DNA of 63,214 nucleotides, filler included, from Choristocarpus tenellus KU-1152 (GCA_964200185.2; 9 parts of 9 records of this genome joined end to end with filler, not necessarily neighbours in it), one strand, 5' to 3'; positions 51,974-63,214 are shown, counted from the first letter of the whole stretch. The notes: generated by a model not told the origin, from the letters alone. A program made the numbers and translations.

Positions 51974-53025
51974 GTAATAATAATATGGCTCGGATACCTT
52001 TTATGCTCAAGAGTCTTAAGACTATTTGTCTCACATTAACAAGTAGACCCAACCAAAACCCCTTTTGCATCATGTTCTCACCGAGATTACAAGATAAGAC
52101 ATGACATGATTTTCATACCTAGTCTAATTACAGTGAAGGTTTTCAATCCAAACGAAAATTTCAGAAAATAATTTTTGGAATAGAAGAGGAACTCGGGTCA
52201 AGGTACGTCTATACTCGGTGAGATCTCAAAGAACTCAGGTTTGCAATATTTAAAGAGGCGTTTGCCCTACGAACTGATACTAAATATCGCACAGAGCTAT
52301 TGAACGCAAAAGAGATGTTTGAAGAGATAGTCTTCTCAAATGCCGCCCCTGGAAGAGTTAATACTTGGACTCCTGTTTCCAAAAAACAAGCAGCCTAGGT
52401 TTGAAGCTATATTCAACACGGAAATGAACACAAAACGGACACATCTAGTGCCACAGTTTCAGCGTGTCAGTATCTATCATGGACAGAAGGCAACAGTAAC
52501 ATTCGCCGATAAATGAATCGACCTTGGTTTTTAAATACGTCTCTACATATAGTTTTTTCTATGGTATGGATGGCGTTGATAGCGCTGGCTCCAAAAATGC
52601 AGTATATATTTTTGGAAGAAACCACCACCAATTTGACTAGTGAATTTGAACAGCAAATATTTGAAAAAAAAAATTAATTACTTACGGAGAGGAACATTAG
52701 GAGGCGGTTCATGTTATAAGTGTGTGTACGTGTTGTATCAAAATACTGCAAACGTTCCTTTAAAAATATCATTTTTTTTTCGAAGTCCGTTTTTCATACA
52801 CACTCCCGATGGAATGAAATCCTCAAAGAGCCAGTCCCAATGAATAGGATATGTGCACAGAATAATGCGTCGGGTGATCAATACCACGCAATCACAATCA
52901 GAGCACATACGCGCCCCAATCAGACAGACAGGTAGATAGACACAGACAACAAAGAGGGCATACATACCTCAGTCCACACATGATCAGTCCAGTCCAACAC
53001 ATGCCTCGCCTCAAGACCTACAGAC
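51455..53025 (-). CDS. PNG1: Peptide-N4-(N-acetyl-beta-glucosaminyl)asparagine amidase (cytoplasmic PNGase); two catalytic-core exons
   Basis: Exons 52968-53025 ([19 protein letters not shown]) and 51455-51603 ([50 protein letters not shown]) join in phase 0. They carry the catalytic His (DHVWTE) and Asp (DPCE) and the [12 protein letters not shown]...VVDVT signature of PNG1/NGLY1. Confidence 0.92.
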
Positions 53026-53231
53026 CTGCACAGAAGTGTGAAGCAGTTGGCAAACTCCCCACACCTCCCCTTTACCACCCCAGAGAGGTGACCAAGAGGA
53101 CAGGACAGGGCGTAGACAGGTCATGGTAAGGTGTACAGTGTACAAGTGAAGGTAGTAGGGATCCACATCACACACAAGAGACAAACCTACATACATCATA
53201 CAACTGCTCATGTGGCCCTCCTCCTCCCCGC

Positions 53232-53331
53232 NNNNNNNNNNNNNNNNNNNNNNNNNNNNNNNNNNNNNNNNNNNNTTAATTAATTAANNNNNNNNNNNNN
53301 NNNNNNNNNNNNNNNNNNNNNNNNNNNNNNN
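53232..53331. other. Artificial contig-joining spacer
   Basis: Same 44N-TTAATTAATTAA-44N structure. Confidence 0.97.
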
Positions 53332-53917
53332 ATCTCCTATGAAAATCACCATTTATCTTGTAAGGCCACCTATGTATTACTAATATCGTATTTTTTATTA
53401 TTATGCCCTCTGACATTTTGAAGACGTGTCAGGGGGAAACCAATGAAATCTATATACATATGTATATCGTATATTGTTCGTACTTTTCAGAACTGAAGAA
53501 ATAATCCTCAGACTCTACGTCTGTTAAAAATGTTCGTATTTGCTGAAACATAAAAAGAAAATGCTCGCGCTATTCGCGTGTAACAAACGCTTGCACTTCG
53601 TTGAAATACAAGAAGAAAAGCTCGAGCTATTTGCCTGTAACAAAGGATTCCCATTGGAGGAAAGATGAAGCTCACAAAGGAAGCCAGTATACTCACGAAG
53701 ATGCGTGCAGCAGCATCAGCTGCATTTGCATAGTTTAGGTAACCCAAAGGTATCTATCCAGAAACCCCCCTTCGATCCCCTATCATACAGGCCAACTCAA
53801 CCAAAAACTTTATACGTCATTCAATACAAGGCTTAGTCTGTGGAGGTTTTCAGAGAGCAAGTATGCCCCTTGACCACGAACACCGACTTTGCCCTTAGAG
53901 TCAAAATATCTTAGAGT

Positions 53918-54127
53918 TTTGAGGCCAAAATCCAATGCTGTGATATTGATGTAATTTTGGGTATCGTGTTGTTAGGAAGTGTCAATATCCTTGTTCCAGA
54001 CACACCTTTTCATATTATATATATTTTACCTACTCCGAACCAATTTGGGGTATGTAAAATGTAATAAAAAACCCCGTGGGAAGCCAAGCCCCAAACGGAT
54101 AAACAGGGCAAAAAACTCGTACCCTCT
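53918..54127 (+). mobile_element. MITE-like family B copy
   Basis: Aligns with 28819-29048; ends in actcgtaccctc followed by TA. Confidence 0.7.
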
Positions 54128-55141
54128 AAGATACTTTCACTCCTTACGCTGAGTGAAATAGCTGCACAGTGTTGGCCATGTTTCCCACGATCGTCTCAGT
54201 AAAAGTAGTTTGAGCAAATGTTTCATCTGGTTTACAAAAAAAAGGGAAACACGTACACCTGAATCTTCTTGCTTCAATATAGCATGATCTTCTTCCACCT
54301 TTGCTGCTTCCATCTGTACCACACCCCATCCTTTTTGCCCTTAATATTTTAGGTAGCACAATTCCCTGTTGCACACCATCTTCTTCCATGCAATCGCTTT
54401 ACCCCCTCAAGTGGGTTGGCCTTATTCTTGACTTGCCTCGAGGGTTTACAACAGGCACAGATTGCCTGCACCCTCGCAATTATCTACTCAAACTCTCCCC
54501 GTTCCTTTTTTAACCCCCCCTTGTCCCCTAACCCAATAAATCACCTGCTTAGTTCATCCAATGAATAGAAAAAGGTGTACCAGGGCAAAGGATCAGTGAA
54601 CATGGATAGTTTAGTCATCACAAGAGAAGTGTATGTACTTAATCCATTCGGAATTAAACATAGCATAACTTTCGCAAGTTCCTTTCTCGCCTGGGAACAA
54701 CCCATGTCGTCGCCCGGCGGTCCCAATTCTTCGCCCCAGAAGTCTGTTCGGGGTCCAGACTCAAACACCCTGACGAAAAACAGCTAGATGGCGCAATGCC
54801 TGGAGGCGAGAGGACTTGAGACTAGTATGTTGTGGTGGATGATGGCAGCCATTGTGGAGGACTCAAGAATTCCCTGAATCACCGTGTGTATGGCAGTTAG
54901 ATCGCCATGGGTGAATGCATGGACACTGTTTGACGTCGCAAGAGGCTGTTGAAACAGCATCGCACAGGAGAGGCTAATCGTCACGAGCTGCTGGTGGGTT
55001 ACATGGTTAACATACACTGATTATTAATAATCCGATGGGCTCCTGTCTGAACCATGGTCTGACGTAAAACAAAGTCTGACTCATCATACTGGTACATATG
55101 ATACCACGATGTGAGCATTTGAGGAGGAAGCAGGGCACTAC

Positions 55142-55485
55142 ATTGTTACAGAGACCCAGGCAGCCAATTCATCTGACTTTCACGTCAATAGCCTGGGATT
55201 CATCATACCATACAGCAACTGAAGGAAGACGTGGGGGTAACCAACACAGAGGAGCGGGTGGAGGCCACAATGGAGGCGTTGGATGAGTACCCCGAGGAAA
55301 CATTAGAGCGTGTCTGGCAGAGTCTCTTTACAGTCTATGGTACAGTGCTGGGATCTAAGGGTGACAAGGTCCTCAGAATTCCTCATCTTAGCAATGAAAA
55401 GACTGAGAAGGTAGGCAAGCCCCCCCTGAATGCCTTGGTGAATGCGGCGAAAAAATGTTCTGGTATGGGGTTTTGGAGGGCTTAA
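55142..55485 (+). mobile_element. Decayed mariner-like (DD39D-type) transposase C-terminal fragment
   Basis: Two frames give TQAANSSDFHVNSLGF (compare QPPNSPDLNVLDLGFF) and EERVEATMEALDEYPEETLERVWQSLFTVYGTVLGSKGDKVLRIPH (compare the ...GGNNYKIPH tail); frameshifted. Confidence 0.7.
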
Positions 55486-55799
55486 GGGCCGGAATCATAG
55501 ATAGGTGTAGGCTGCCCCACTTTGCTTGAGGAGATTTTATTGGGCAATCTTGTAGTGTCTAAGGTGGTACCAGTAGCTTCGCCCTCTGTGGCAATCTTGC
55601 TTTGTTCCACCGCAACGCCACAAGAATTACACAACAATATATATATCAAATGAAAGCTTATAACTAGAGCTTTGGGCGGTTTGTATCCATGAGGTTCCAG
55701 ACTTTGGGAAACGGGAGGTATGTCACTATCAAGTAATGCCAAAACGCGGGGGAACATCTCCGGCGCAATTTTGAAGGCCATGACCTCAAAACGGACAAA

Positions 55800-56225
55800 A
55801 ATGAAGTGGTTGACTGAACTTCCCCCAAGAAACTGATTTGGGCTAGGTCGCTGCCCAAGTTTAGTGATGTGGCGATGCCGAAAATATAAGAAAGATTTAT
55901 TTATGGAGATCTTTTTAACGCCTTTGGCAGACTTTCTGTGAGCACATACACGCGACCCACACAGCAACATGAACCGCGACAGTGAGACAAGGAGAGTCGT
56001 CGAGGCCAATCTGCCCCCTGGATCTACCCTTGGCACCTTCTCCGTCGAGAGGCAACAGAAAAGCAAGTACCGTGTGACACTCAGTGCAATGTTAGGTGAC
56101 GAGAAAGTGCGTTTAGTGTGGTGCAACATCATGATCAAATAGCACAAGGGATCATGCAGCCGCGACACTGATGCTGAGAGAAGATGTATCTGTACCTGTG
56201 TATGAACGACAAGATAGACCGTCAA
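55800..56225 (+). pseudogene. Possible hAT-type transposase dimerisation-domain remnant
   Basis: Fragmentary motifs RSLPKFSDVA, GTFSVERQQKSKYR and EKMYLYLCMN among stops and frameshifts; weak resemblance only. Confidence 0.3.
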
Positions 56226-57120
56226 ACAGCGCTCGAGATGGCAGCAGGATAATATGCGATGGTCAGGTCCGAAGCTGTGAGTAAATGGGAGAGACTTCCT
56301 AAGGGCCACAACAGGTTATTGAGCAAGGGCGCTACAAGAGGCGTTTCGTTCTGGGCTTCGATGAGGACATCCTTGTCGAGGTCAAAGAGTGGGGTGTGCG
56401 AACACACAGTAGTAGGAAAGGGTAGGGAGGCTTTCCCCCCGCATAAACCCCATACTTTAATCAAGTAGAAGTGCATCTGTTGCCACTCTTGGTGACCTAC
56501 AATCCGGGATTCGAACCCCAATATGACCAGTCTTTCTTCAAAAAAAGAAAAAAATGGAGAAAAAAAATTGAAGCCCGTACTCTGGAGGGCGGGCCTTGTG
56601 ACAGGCATCAGGAAATATGGTTTTATTTTTTCAATCCGATATCTTCTACATCAAAAGTTATGACGGGACAACCCAGAGGGCGAACCTACTCGTACCACAA
56701 TACACATCACACCCATAAAGTATGAAGATGGATTAGAGTAATGTTTTTCACATTTATGATATTTTATTTTTTTAGGGCTTATACTGACATGTATAGTTTT
56801 CATTTGTGTCCCCCCCTGACACCCTGACACATCTCCAAAATGTCAGAGGGCATAATTAATATATCTGTTGTGAATGGAAAAGTTATGTTACAATTAATTC
56901 CAGCCGGAGGAGTATAAATGTAACGGACAAGTGTGGGAGACAAAAAAAAACTAGAAACCAATATCAAATATCGAATTTTGCGAAGTTTGGACATCTTTAT
57001 ACCCCTTTTACGATAAACGATTTTTAACACGCCAGATCAACCATAATTGAACCTATCAAGACACCAGAATGGACTGACACTCACATGGTCTGCTCTGACC
57101 AACGAGTGGTATAAAGAGGG

Positions 57121-58737
57121 ATGAGAGTACTTGCAGTGCTTGTCGGATATGCTGGAATACAGTCGCAAGCATGGCAACTTGCTCATCCTCGTGGTTCTTC
57201 CTCCTCGGACACCTCACCATCTCGATGGCCTCTAAATAAACGAGAGCGCATGCTTTCTTGGCTGGAAGGTCGAGTGGGCCTAAACCCCAAGGAAGCTATG
57301 GAAGTGGTGACAAAGTGCCCGAGGGCATATACAATTGACATCGATGATGAACAAGTGGAGGAACGGTTGCTGTGGTTTAGGGACAGACTCGGACTGGACA
57401 GCAGAGGCACAACTGCTCTTATCAAACGAGACCCACAATTCTTGTTATACAACCTTGACCTTTTGGAGTCCAAGATGAAATGGTTCGAGACCGAGGTGGG
57501 AGACCTGGAATTGGCCCAAAAAATACTCTCCTCCAATTCACGCTTGTTCAGCGCCAGCCTATCGCACACATTGAAGCCCAAAGTCCGGTGGCTACAGGAC
57601 AAACTGCAACTGCCACGGGAGGAGGCTCTGTCCCTCTTGTTGTCGTACCCCGAACTATTCGGTGCAAGCGCCGATACTAACCTTGGTCCCACAATTGATT
57701 TCTTTGTGGAAGATATGGGGGCAACGCTGGAGGATCTTCGAAAGGCGATGATGGAGGGAACTGGCCGGGTACTAGCATCAAGCTTGAGTGGGCGGCTCCG
57801 GCCTCGGGTTGAGTTGCTCCGAAGTGTTGGGATTAATCCATCCTTTAATGATCACTGGAAGATACTGGTTATGGCGACTGAGGCGAAGTTTCGTCGATGG
57901 TTCCTAGGGATGGGGCCTGCGCAAAAAGTCCCTGGGGTTTCACGAGGCAAATGTGGCAACGATAATGTCGAAGACAGGGTGGGGTGGCTCCAAGACAAAC
58001 TTCAAGCGACATGGGAGGAAACATTGAACTTGTTATTGGCACGCCCAACACTCCTCACCATTAACCGTGACAGGGAACTTGGTCCAAGGATCGACTTCTT
58101 TTTGGAAGATATGGGGGCAAAGCCAGAGGAACTGAGAGTTGCTATAGAGGAATGCAGTCAGGTACTCAAAGTAAGCTTTAATGGGCGACTGCGGCCTAGG
58201 CTTAATGTGCTACGGAATGTGGGGATTGAGCCTTGCTTCAAGGATCACTGGAGGATTCTGGTAACTGCGACCGAGGCAAACTTTCAGCGCTGGATCTCTG
58301 AGCTGGGGCCTGCCGAGGGAATTATTGAGGCCTTGCAGGGAGAAAAACCTGATACTGGTGCTATTGAATCCAGGTTGGAGGACAGGCTGGAGTGGCTTCA
58401 AGCTAAGCTAGAATTTACAGAGGAGGAGGCTGCGGACCAGCTCAAACTGTGTCCGGTGCTCCTCAGCTTAAACGTGGACACGAACCTTGGTCCAACAACA
58501 GATTTCTTCTTGGAAGACTTTGGGGCAACCCTGGAGGAGCTCCGTATGGCAATGAAGAAGCACAAGTTCCTGTTAACCTTCAGCCTGAACAGGCGCTTGC
58601 GACCTCGGCTTGAGCTCATGCAAAGCGTGGGCATTAAGCCATCCTTCAAGGATCACTGGAGGATGCTTACAGAGCCTGAGCACAGATTTCGGCGATGGCT
58701 CTGTATCCATGGAACTGCTGAGTTAACCGGGGTTTAG
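57121..58737 (+). CDS. mTERF-family protein, single exon, three internal repeats, probable plastid-targeting leader
   Basis: Complete 538-aa ATG-to-stop ORF. mTERF-type motifs include KCPRAYTID, RDPQFLLYN, SLSHTLKPKVRWLQDKL, YPELFGASADTNLGPTIDFF and SLSGRLRPR. N-terminus is hydrophobic (MRVLAVLVGYAGIQSQA|W) followed by a Ser/Arg-rich segment. Confidence 0.9.
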   Translation: MRVLAVLVGYAGIQSQAWQLAHPRGSSSSDTSPSRWPLNKRERMLSWLEGRVGLNPKEAMEVVTKCPRAYTIDIDDEQVEERLLWFRDRLGLDSRGTTALIKRDPQFLLYNLDLLESKMKWFETEVGDLELAQKILSSNSRLFSASLSHTLKPKVRWLQDKLQLPREEALSLLLSYPELFGASADTNLGPTIDFFVEDMGATLEDLRKAMMEGTGRVLASSLSGRLRPRVELLRSVGINPSFNDHWKILVMATEAKFRRWFLGMGPAQKVPGVSRGKCGNDNVEDRVGWLQDKLQATWEETLNLLLARPTLLTINRDRELGPRIDFFLEDMGAKPEELRVAIEECSQVLKVSFNGRLRPRLNVLRNVGIEPCFKDHWRILVTATEANFQRWISELGPAEGIIEALQGEKPDTGAIESRLEDRLEWLQAKLEFTEEEAADQLKLCPVLLSLNVDTNLGPTTDFFLEDFGATLEELRMAMKKHKFLLTFSLNRRLRPRLELMQSVGIKPSFKDHWRMLTEPEHRFRRWLCIHGTAELTGV

Positions 58738-58949
58738 GATAGGAGGGAACTCCATCATCAGTACCACTAATACCAAGGGGGTGCGCTCCCCGGAATAGGG
58801 AAGAATAGGAGCACAGGCCAGGGATAACCTTAGTGTCATGCACACATGCAAAGTGATGGATCTGTTGGTCTTGCAGTCCCCCATCCATCGAACATGGTCC
58901 ACATGGACTTGGTGTACCAAGTATCCTTTTTCGCGACGTTTAGGGAACA

Positions 58950-61900
58950 GCTACTGAGGAATCATTCGGGGCAGTTGCAACAATTATCTCCACTCTGAAG
59001 TGAGCCGAGTGCACTCTGAAGCATGGAGATTCACCTGTAATTTTTCATTCATGCGGAGGTTTTCTGGTAAGGCAAAACAGAGGAGAGGCTTGAGAGGTTT
59101 TCTCAGCTCCTTGGGTTGGGGTCTGTGACAAGGATCGGTGGTGTTTGGAAGAGGAGAGAGCAGCACTGGTTGGGTCAAGAGCAGGTAGATTCTATGTCTC
59201 GGTTCCAGTTGTAGTGACAGGGGACGGTGGTTGGGGTGAGGGTGAGGTGGACTAAGGTGTGCAAACTCGACTTCCTGCACCTCCTCAGTGATTGTGGATA
59301 ATGGTGGATTTTTGGATGATTGATTGTAGATAAGTTTATAAATAGTTTAACTCTTTCAGAGTGTGAGTCACGAAATGCTGCAAGTGACTGAAAGAGAATT
59401 GTGCCAGATAGTACCACCCTCTTGGACTATGTGCCTCTCTTCAATAACCTCTCTTCAATAACCCTTTGGTTATAATATCATTGCTTTCCTCTCTGGTGAT
59501 GGGTGAATCTTACTGTGTGGAACGTTCTGTGTGGTATGAGAGGGCGTGTTAGCATGTACTACTGTAGCACTGTCAAGACAGACCAAAGGGTGGTCGAAGT
59601 ATGCTGTGTCTTTACTTGAGACCGTTTCTTTACTGCAGTAGGTTGGCAAATACCTCAATAAAAGGTACAATACCTTGTGGTTTGTTGAACGGCATGCTTC
59701 ATTGTCATGTGCAAGGACCAGGAACACCCCTGAGCATTCCGTACCTAGCAAAGGTAGTGCTCTCGTTGACATCACATGATTGATTGATTGAATGATTGAA
59801 GCGACTTTTTTGGAGCTGGTTCTCCCCCATTTGCCTCACCTCTACCTCTCCTTGAACATCCCATTTTGAAGGATGTGTTATATTTTACTGCACCCAGGAA
59901 AAATGACCAATCTACAACGCACCCACCGTTGAGTGATGCTTGGTACAAGTTGATTTTTGCCCTGCTATTTTCCAAAAGTTTTTTGTTTTGTTCCTCTTCT
60001 AACCCTAACCCTAACCCTAACCCTAACCCTAACCCTAACCCTATGCTGAGACAAGACTGGTTGATGCCACTGGTGTATCATCTTCCACTGGGATCTGACC
60101 AGGTCGTTTCTCCATGACTGCATCATATCCCAAACCTTTGTTGTTCTGACCCCAGTGTATTTTGACACAATTCCTCCTTACGCATACATCCTATGTCGTG
60201 CAGATGTTTTTTTTTCTCCTCGTTTTTTTTTAATTCCTTGCTGTTATTAGGGTTAGGGCTAGGTTACTGTGGCTGCAATTTTATCTACCTGTACTACTGT
60301 GTACTCCCATTCTGCTGGCCCTGACCCTAACCTCTAATGCGCTCCGGGTGTCAGAACAATTGGTGTTGTCATTCCACCTTTTTTTCTCTGTTGTCTCCAT
60401 CTGACTGACTCTCTTCTCTTACTGCTGATTATTGGTCAAGGGGAAGAGAGTATAGGCTGGATCAGTGTGAGAAGCCCTTCACTCTGCTGATATTTTTTTG
60501 GTTACCAACCCTTACTGTCACATTGAACCTGCACATATAACTGTTCCTGTGGCCCAAGGCTTGGGTCTTCGAAGAAAAGCCTGCAGCATCAAATACAGAC
60601 CCTAGATTTCGCACATGGGCCCCACGTTATGTTTCTCCAAATTTCTTGATCATCTTCTTCCCAACCGCTTGTTGTAGTGAGAGTGTCAAATGTTCCTGTT
60701 TCACAGTTTTACCTACTCAACCTTCTTGGCATTTTGTGTATGTAATGAGGAGGGAGACAAAGCGACAGATCACAGTAAGCAAGGCAGATTCTGCATGCGA
60801 TAAATGCCATCATTGCAATTTCGTTGTGCTCAGTCCTGTAGATAAAAAAAAAAGTGTGAGCAGGGGTTAAATATCTTGATGTACTTGATTGTTGTTGGAT
60901 GTCATGCTAAGCACCCTGAGCGGTAATTGGAACAGAGCCTGGGTTAGGGTTAGGTGGTGAGGACCTTCCTTCACCTCCCGTCTTGTGAGAGATTATCTTT
61001 TTGATGTACTCATACCGGTATGCTCTTTGCTCATTGGTCACTCTGTCTTTTCATGATCTCTGGCAAACTTCCACATATATTTAGGCAGTCCATCACTATA
61101 GAGTGGTAGAGAAGAGTGGCCCTCACTGGTGCCATACAGGTGAAGCCACGAGAAAATATAGCTCATCCATATGCTGCTGATGGCTTGATCCAGATCCTTC
61201 ATCCGTCTTCCTGCTCTATGTCAACTTATATAGAGCTTCCCTGTGCTCGGGCACAGAAGTCTGGGAGCGATTTCTTCACATTATTCATAGAGTTTGAATA
61301 AACCAATTTGACCTTAGTCATAGTGAAGTCGTCATTTTCTATGCAGATGGAGCGTACACCTAGATTGGGCACTCACTCTCTCTCCTTGTACGCACTTTGG
61401 AATATGCACCAGATGTCAGTACTGGACCCATCAGGGCTCACTATTTTACTCTTCTGCTTTTAGTCACAACCTCGACCCGGATCACCTCAGGCTCTTTGTT
61501 TTTTCATCCCATAGCCTTTTATACCATCATTCTCCACATGCAGGAGGCGATATCCAGTAAATGATGGGTCGGCATCTGACTAATGATGTAGGTACTCATC
61601 CCAATCGCCCTCAGAAGCTCGTGAAATGTGCTTAGTCCGGTTGCTCGTTGTGTGGTTCACTCACTCCAAAGTAGAAAAGATACCCAAATAATTGATAGAT
61701 TTTCACGTGTAATTTGTCGGTATCAGTAATATGACTCACATCATGTGTTTTGCATTTTGGTTGACATCATCGAGAACAAATTTTAGTGAGTAGGCGTAAC
61801 AATCTCTATCGGACACTAAATCGGACACTAAAGCTTGGTAAATACTATGTACAAAATATTATCATTTTAATCGAAGTGACAGATTGTCACGTTTGCTAAA

Positions 61901-63050
61901 AAGACCAAAATTCATCATTTTAGAACGACTGCGACTATGTGTATGCTTGCTAAGAAAGTGGCTACGAGGATTACAAGTATTCGGGGATTTCCCCTATTTT
62001 TTTTTCTAGTTTTTCCATGACAATCGAAAAAGGCGATTCACGAACTTATGAATATTGTGGTCCACCTCCATGTACCCATACTTGCAGTTAATGCTGCAGA
62101 CCTCAGGGCCGACCTGTATGAGTAGCGATTAGTGTCCTTCGCCTTTGGAATGTTACCAACCATATCCCTTTTGGTCTTTCCTTTTACCACTTTCCATCCC
62201 TCTCTTCCCGCGTCTGGCATGGATCCAAACAGACCAGGCTCGTCATACAATACGTCACCTCCCACTTCTATACCATCGATAAAGGGATTGATATCATCAC
62301 CCGAGTCCAAATCATCATTAGAGGTGGGTATCGTGCCAAAAAGACACAAGGCGTTTGGAGGACTTGGTGGTGGCATGTTAAAGTTTGGATCGGGATGAAC
62401 ATGCATAGGCGACACTGGCTCTGTCCTTGTCAACAGTGTACTGCCAATCCTCTGTCTGCTTCATTATTGTAATGCACCACTCCCCCCACAGTTGTCCTGG
62501 CCTCCACCTCCGGCGAGAAGAGTTCAAGTGCTCCGGCCTTTGCCTATCCCCCACCCCCCTCCTCTATTCGCTCCACGTCTGCTGCACATGGGACCATCTA
62601 CTTCTATATAAGTTGCCTCCTGCACAGGGTAGTAGACTGCAAACATGACCCTCCACTCTTGATCATATTGCAGCCATTGGTGGTCCAGCATCGTCCAGGA
62701 GTGATGTCCATCCTTACGGACAGGGCGTCATATCTCTGACAAAGGGTGGTGTGTAGGCACACATATCTTACGTTACTGCGTAAACATCTGTACAGGCGGT
62801 GTGATTTGGGATGGCAGTCACCTTCCTAATAACCAAAAGAAGCACTGGATTGACAGGAACTCCTTCCTCCAACAGCATCCTTGATCTACCCAAACAACCT
62901 GTTTTCTTTGTCTTCATTCTTGAAGTCCTGTTGGTATTTCCGACACTGTTGTCTTTGGCACGCTCACATGTTGACACTCTAGTGACTTATGATGACATTT
63001 ATGTCCATCACAGAAGGCGTACTCCCCTCTACACCTGTGAGCACGGATGA
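58950..63050 (-). mobile_element. Probable heavily degraded LTR-retrotransposon (gag-like) remnants
   Basis: Stop-riddled coding-like minus-strand segments, for example QYDQEWRVMFAVYYP...RRGANRGGGWG followed by a CGG-G knuckle-like stretch near 62480-62670. No intact RT or integrase motif was recognised. Confidence 0.3.
60000..60043 (+). repeat. Perfect interstitial telomere-like (TAACCC)7
   Basis: Directly visible, with sharp edges. Confidence 0.9.
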
Positions 63051-63214
63051 GATGACAGTGACACCTGACGCAGCTGACAGTCGATTTCAAAAATTGAGGA
63101 TGGAGTTTTTCATTGAGGATGGGCTTGACATGTAATATTAAAAAAAACAACATATCGACACTTTATCCCAGTCAATTTTGGTCAAGCCTATCCTCAATTA
63201 AAAACTCTTTCCTC

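Noticed and set aside
22278-53025. Apparent ubiquitin/ERAD cluster (HERC-like ligase, C2 adaptor, PNGase)
   Set aside because: The genes lie on different contigs joined by artificial linkers.
55482-56309. 275-aa minus-strand ORF
   Set aside because: Non-ATG start and no motif; the weak transposase-like words are on the opposite strand.
57183-58649. Antisense and alternate-frame ORFs over the mTERF (and similarly over the large exons)
   Set aside because: Shadow ORFs of real coding sequence.

Overview
This is draft eukaryotic nuclear DNA, not a prokaryotic locus. It is nine separate contigs joined by eight artificial 100-bp spacers (44 N + TTAATTAATTAA + 44 N), so no neighbourhood across a spacer is biological. 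GT-AG spliced genes, scattered (TTAGGG)n tracts and an mTERF with an apparent bipartite plastid-targeting leader suggest an intron-rich photosynthetic stramenopile such as a brown alga (inference). Five protein genes are supported. (1) A partial SNF2 ATPase most like ERCC6L2/SWI2 (minus, about 8.0-12.0 kb). (2) A partial giant (>3,000 aa) RCC1-repeat/LamG-like/SPRY protein resembling HERC-type ubiquitin ligases (minus, 22.3-37.8 kb), for which I traced a phase-consistent exon chain over 22278-36676. (3) A multi-exon C2-domain protein with a Pro/Met/Tyr-rich tail (plus, 41.7-47.2 kb). (4) Two catalytic exons of peptide:N-glycanase PNG1/NGLY1 (minus, 51.5-53.0 kb). (5) An intronless, internally triplicated mTERF (plus, 57121-58737). 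The rest is transposon debris and repeats: a Gypsy integrase with GPY/F and chromodomain-like tail, a mariner fragment, possible hAT and gag remnants, two MITE-like families, and mini/microsatellites. I found no convincing new multi-gene system. The best leads are an 89-bp tandem array of 38-bp palindromes (38974-39328), an inverted-repeat-bounded 3.4-kb decayed element, the nested MITEs, the mTERF, and the many interstitial telomere-like tracts. All calls come from reading motifs by eye; no database searches were run.
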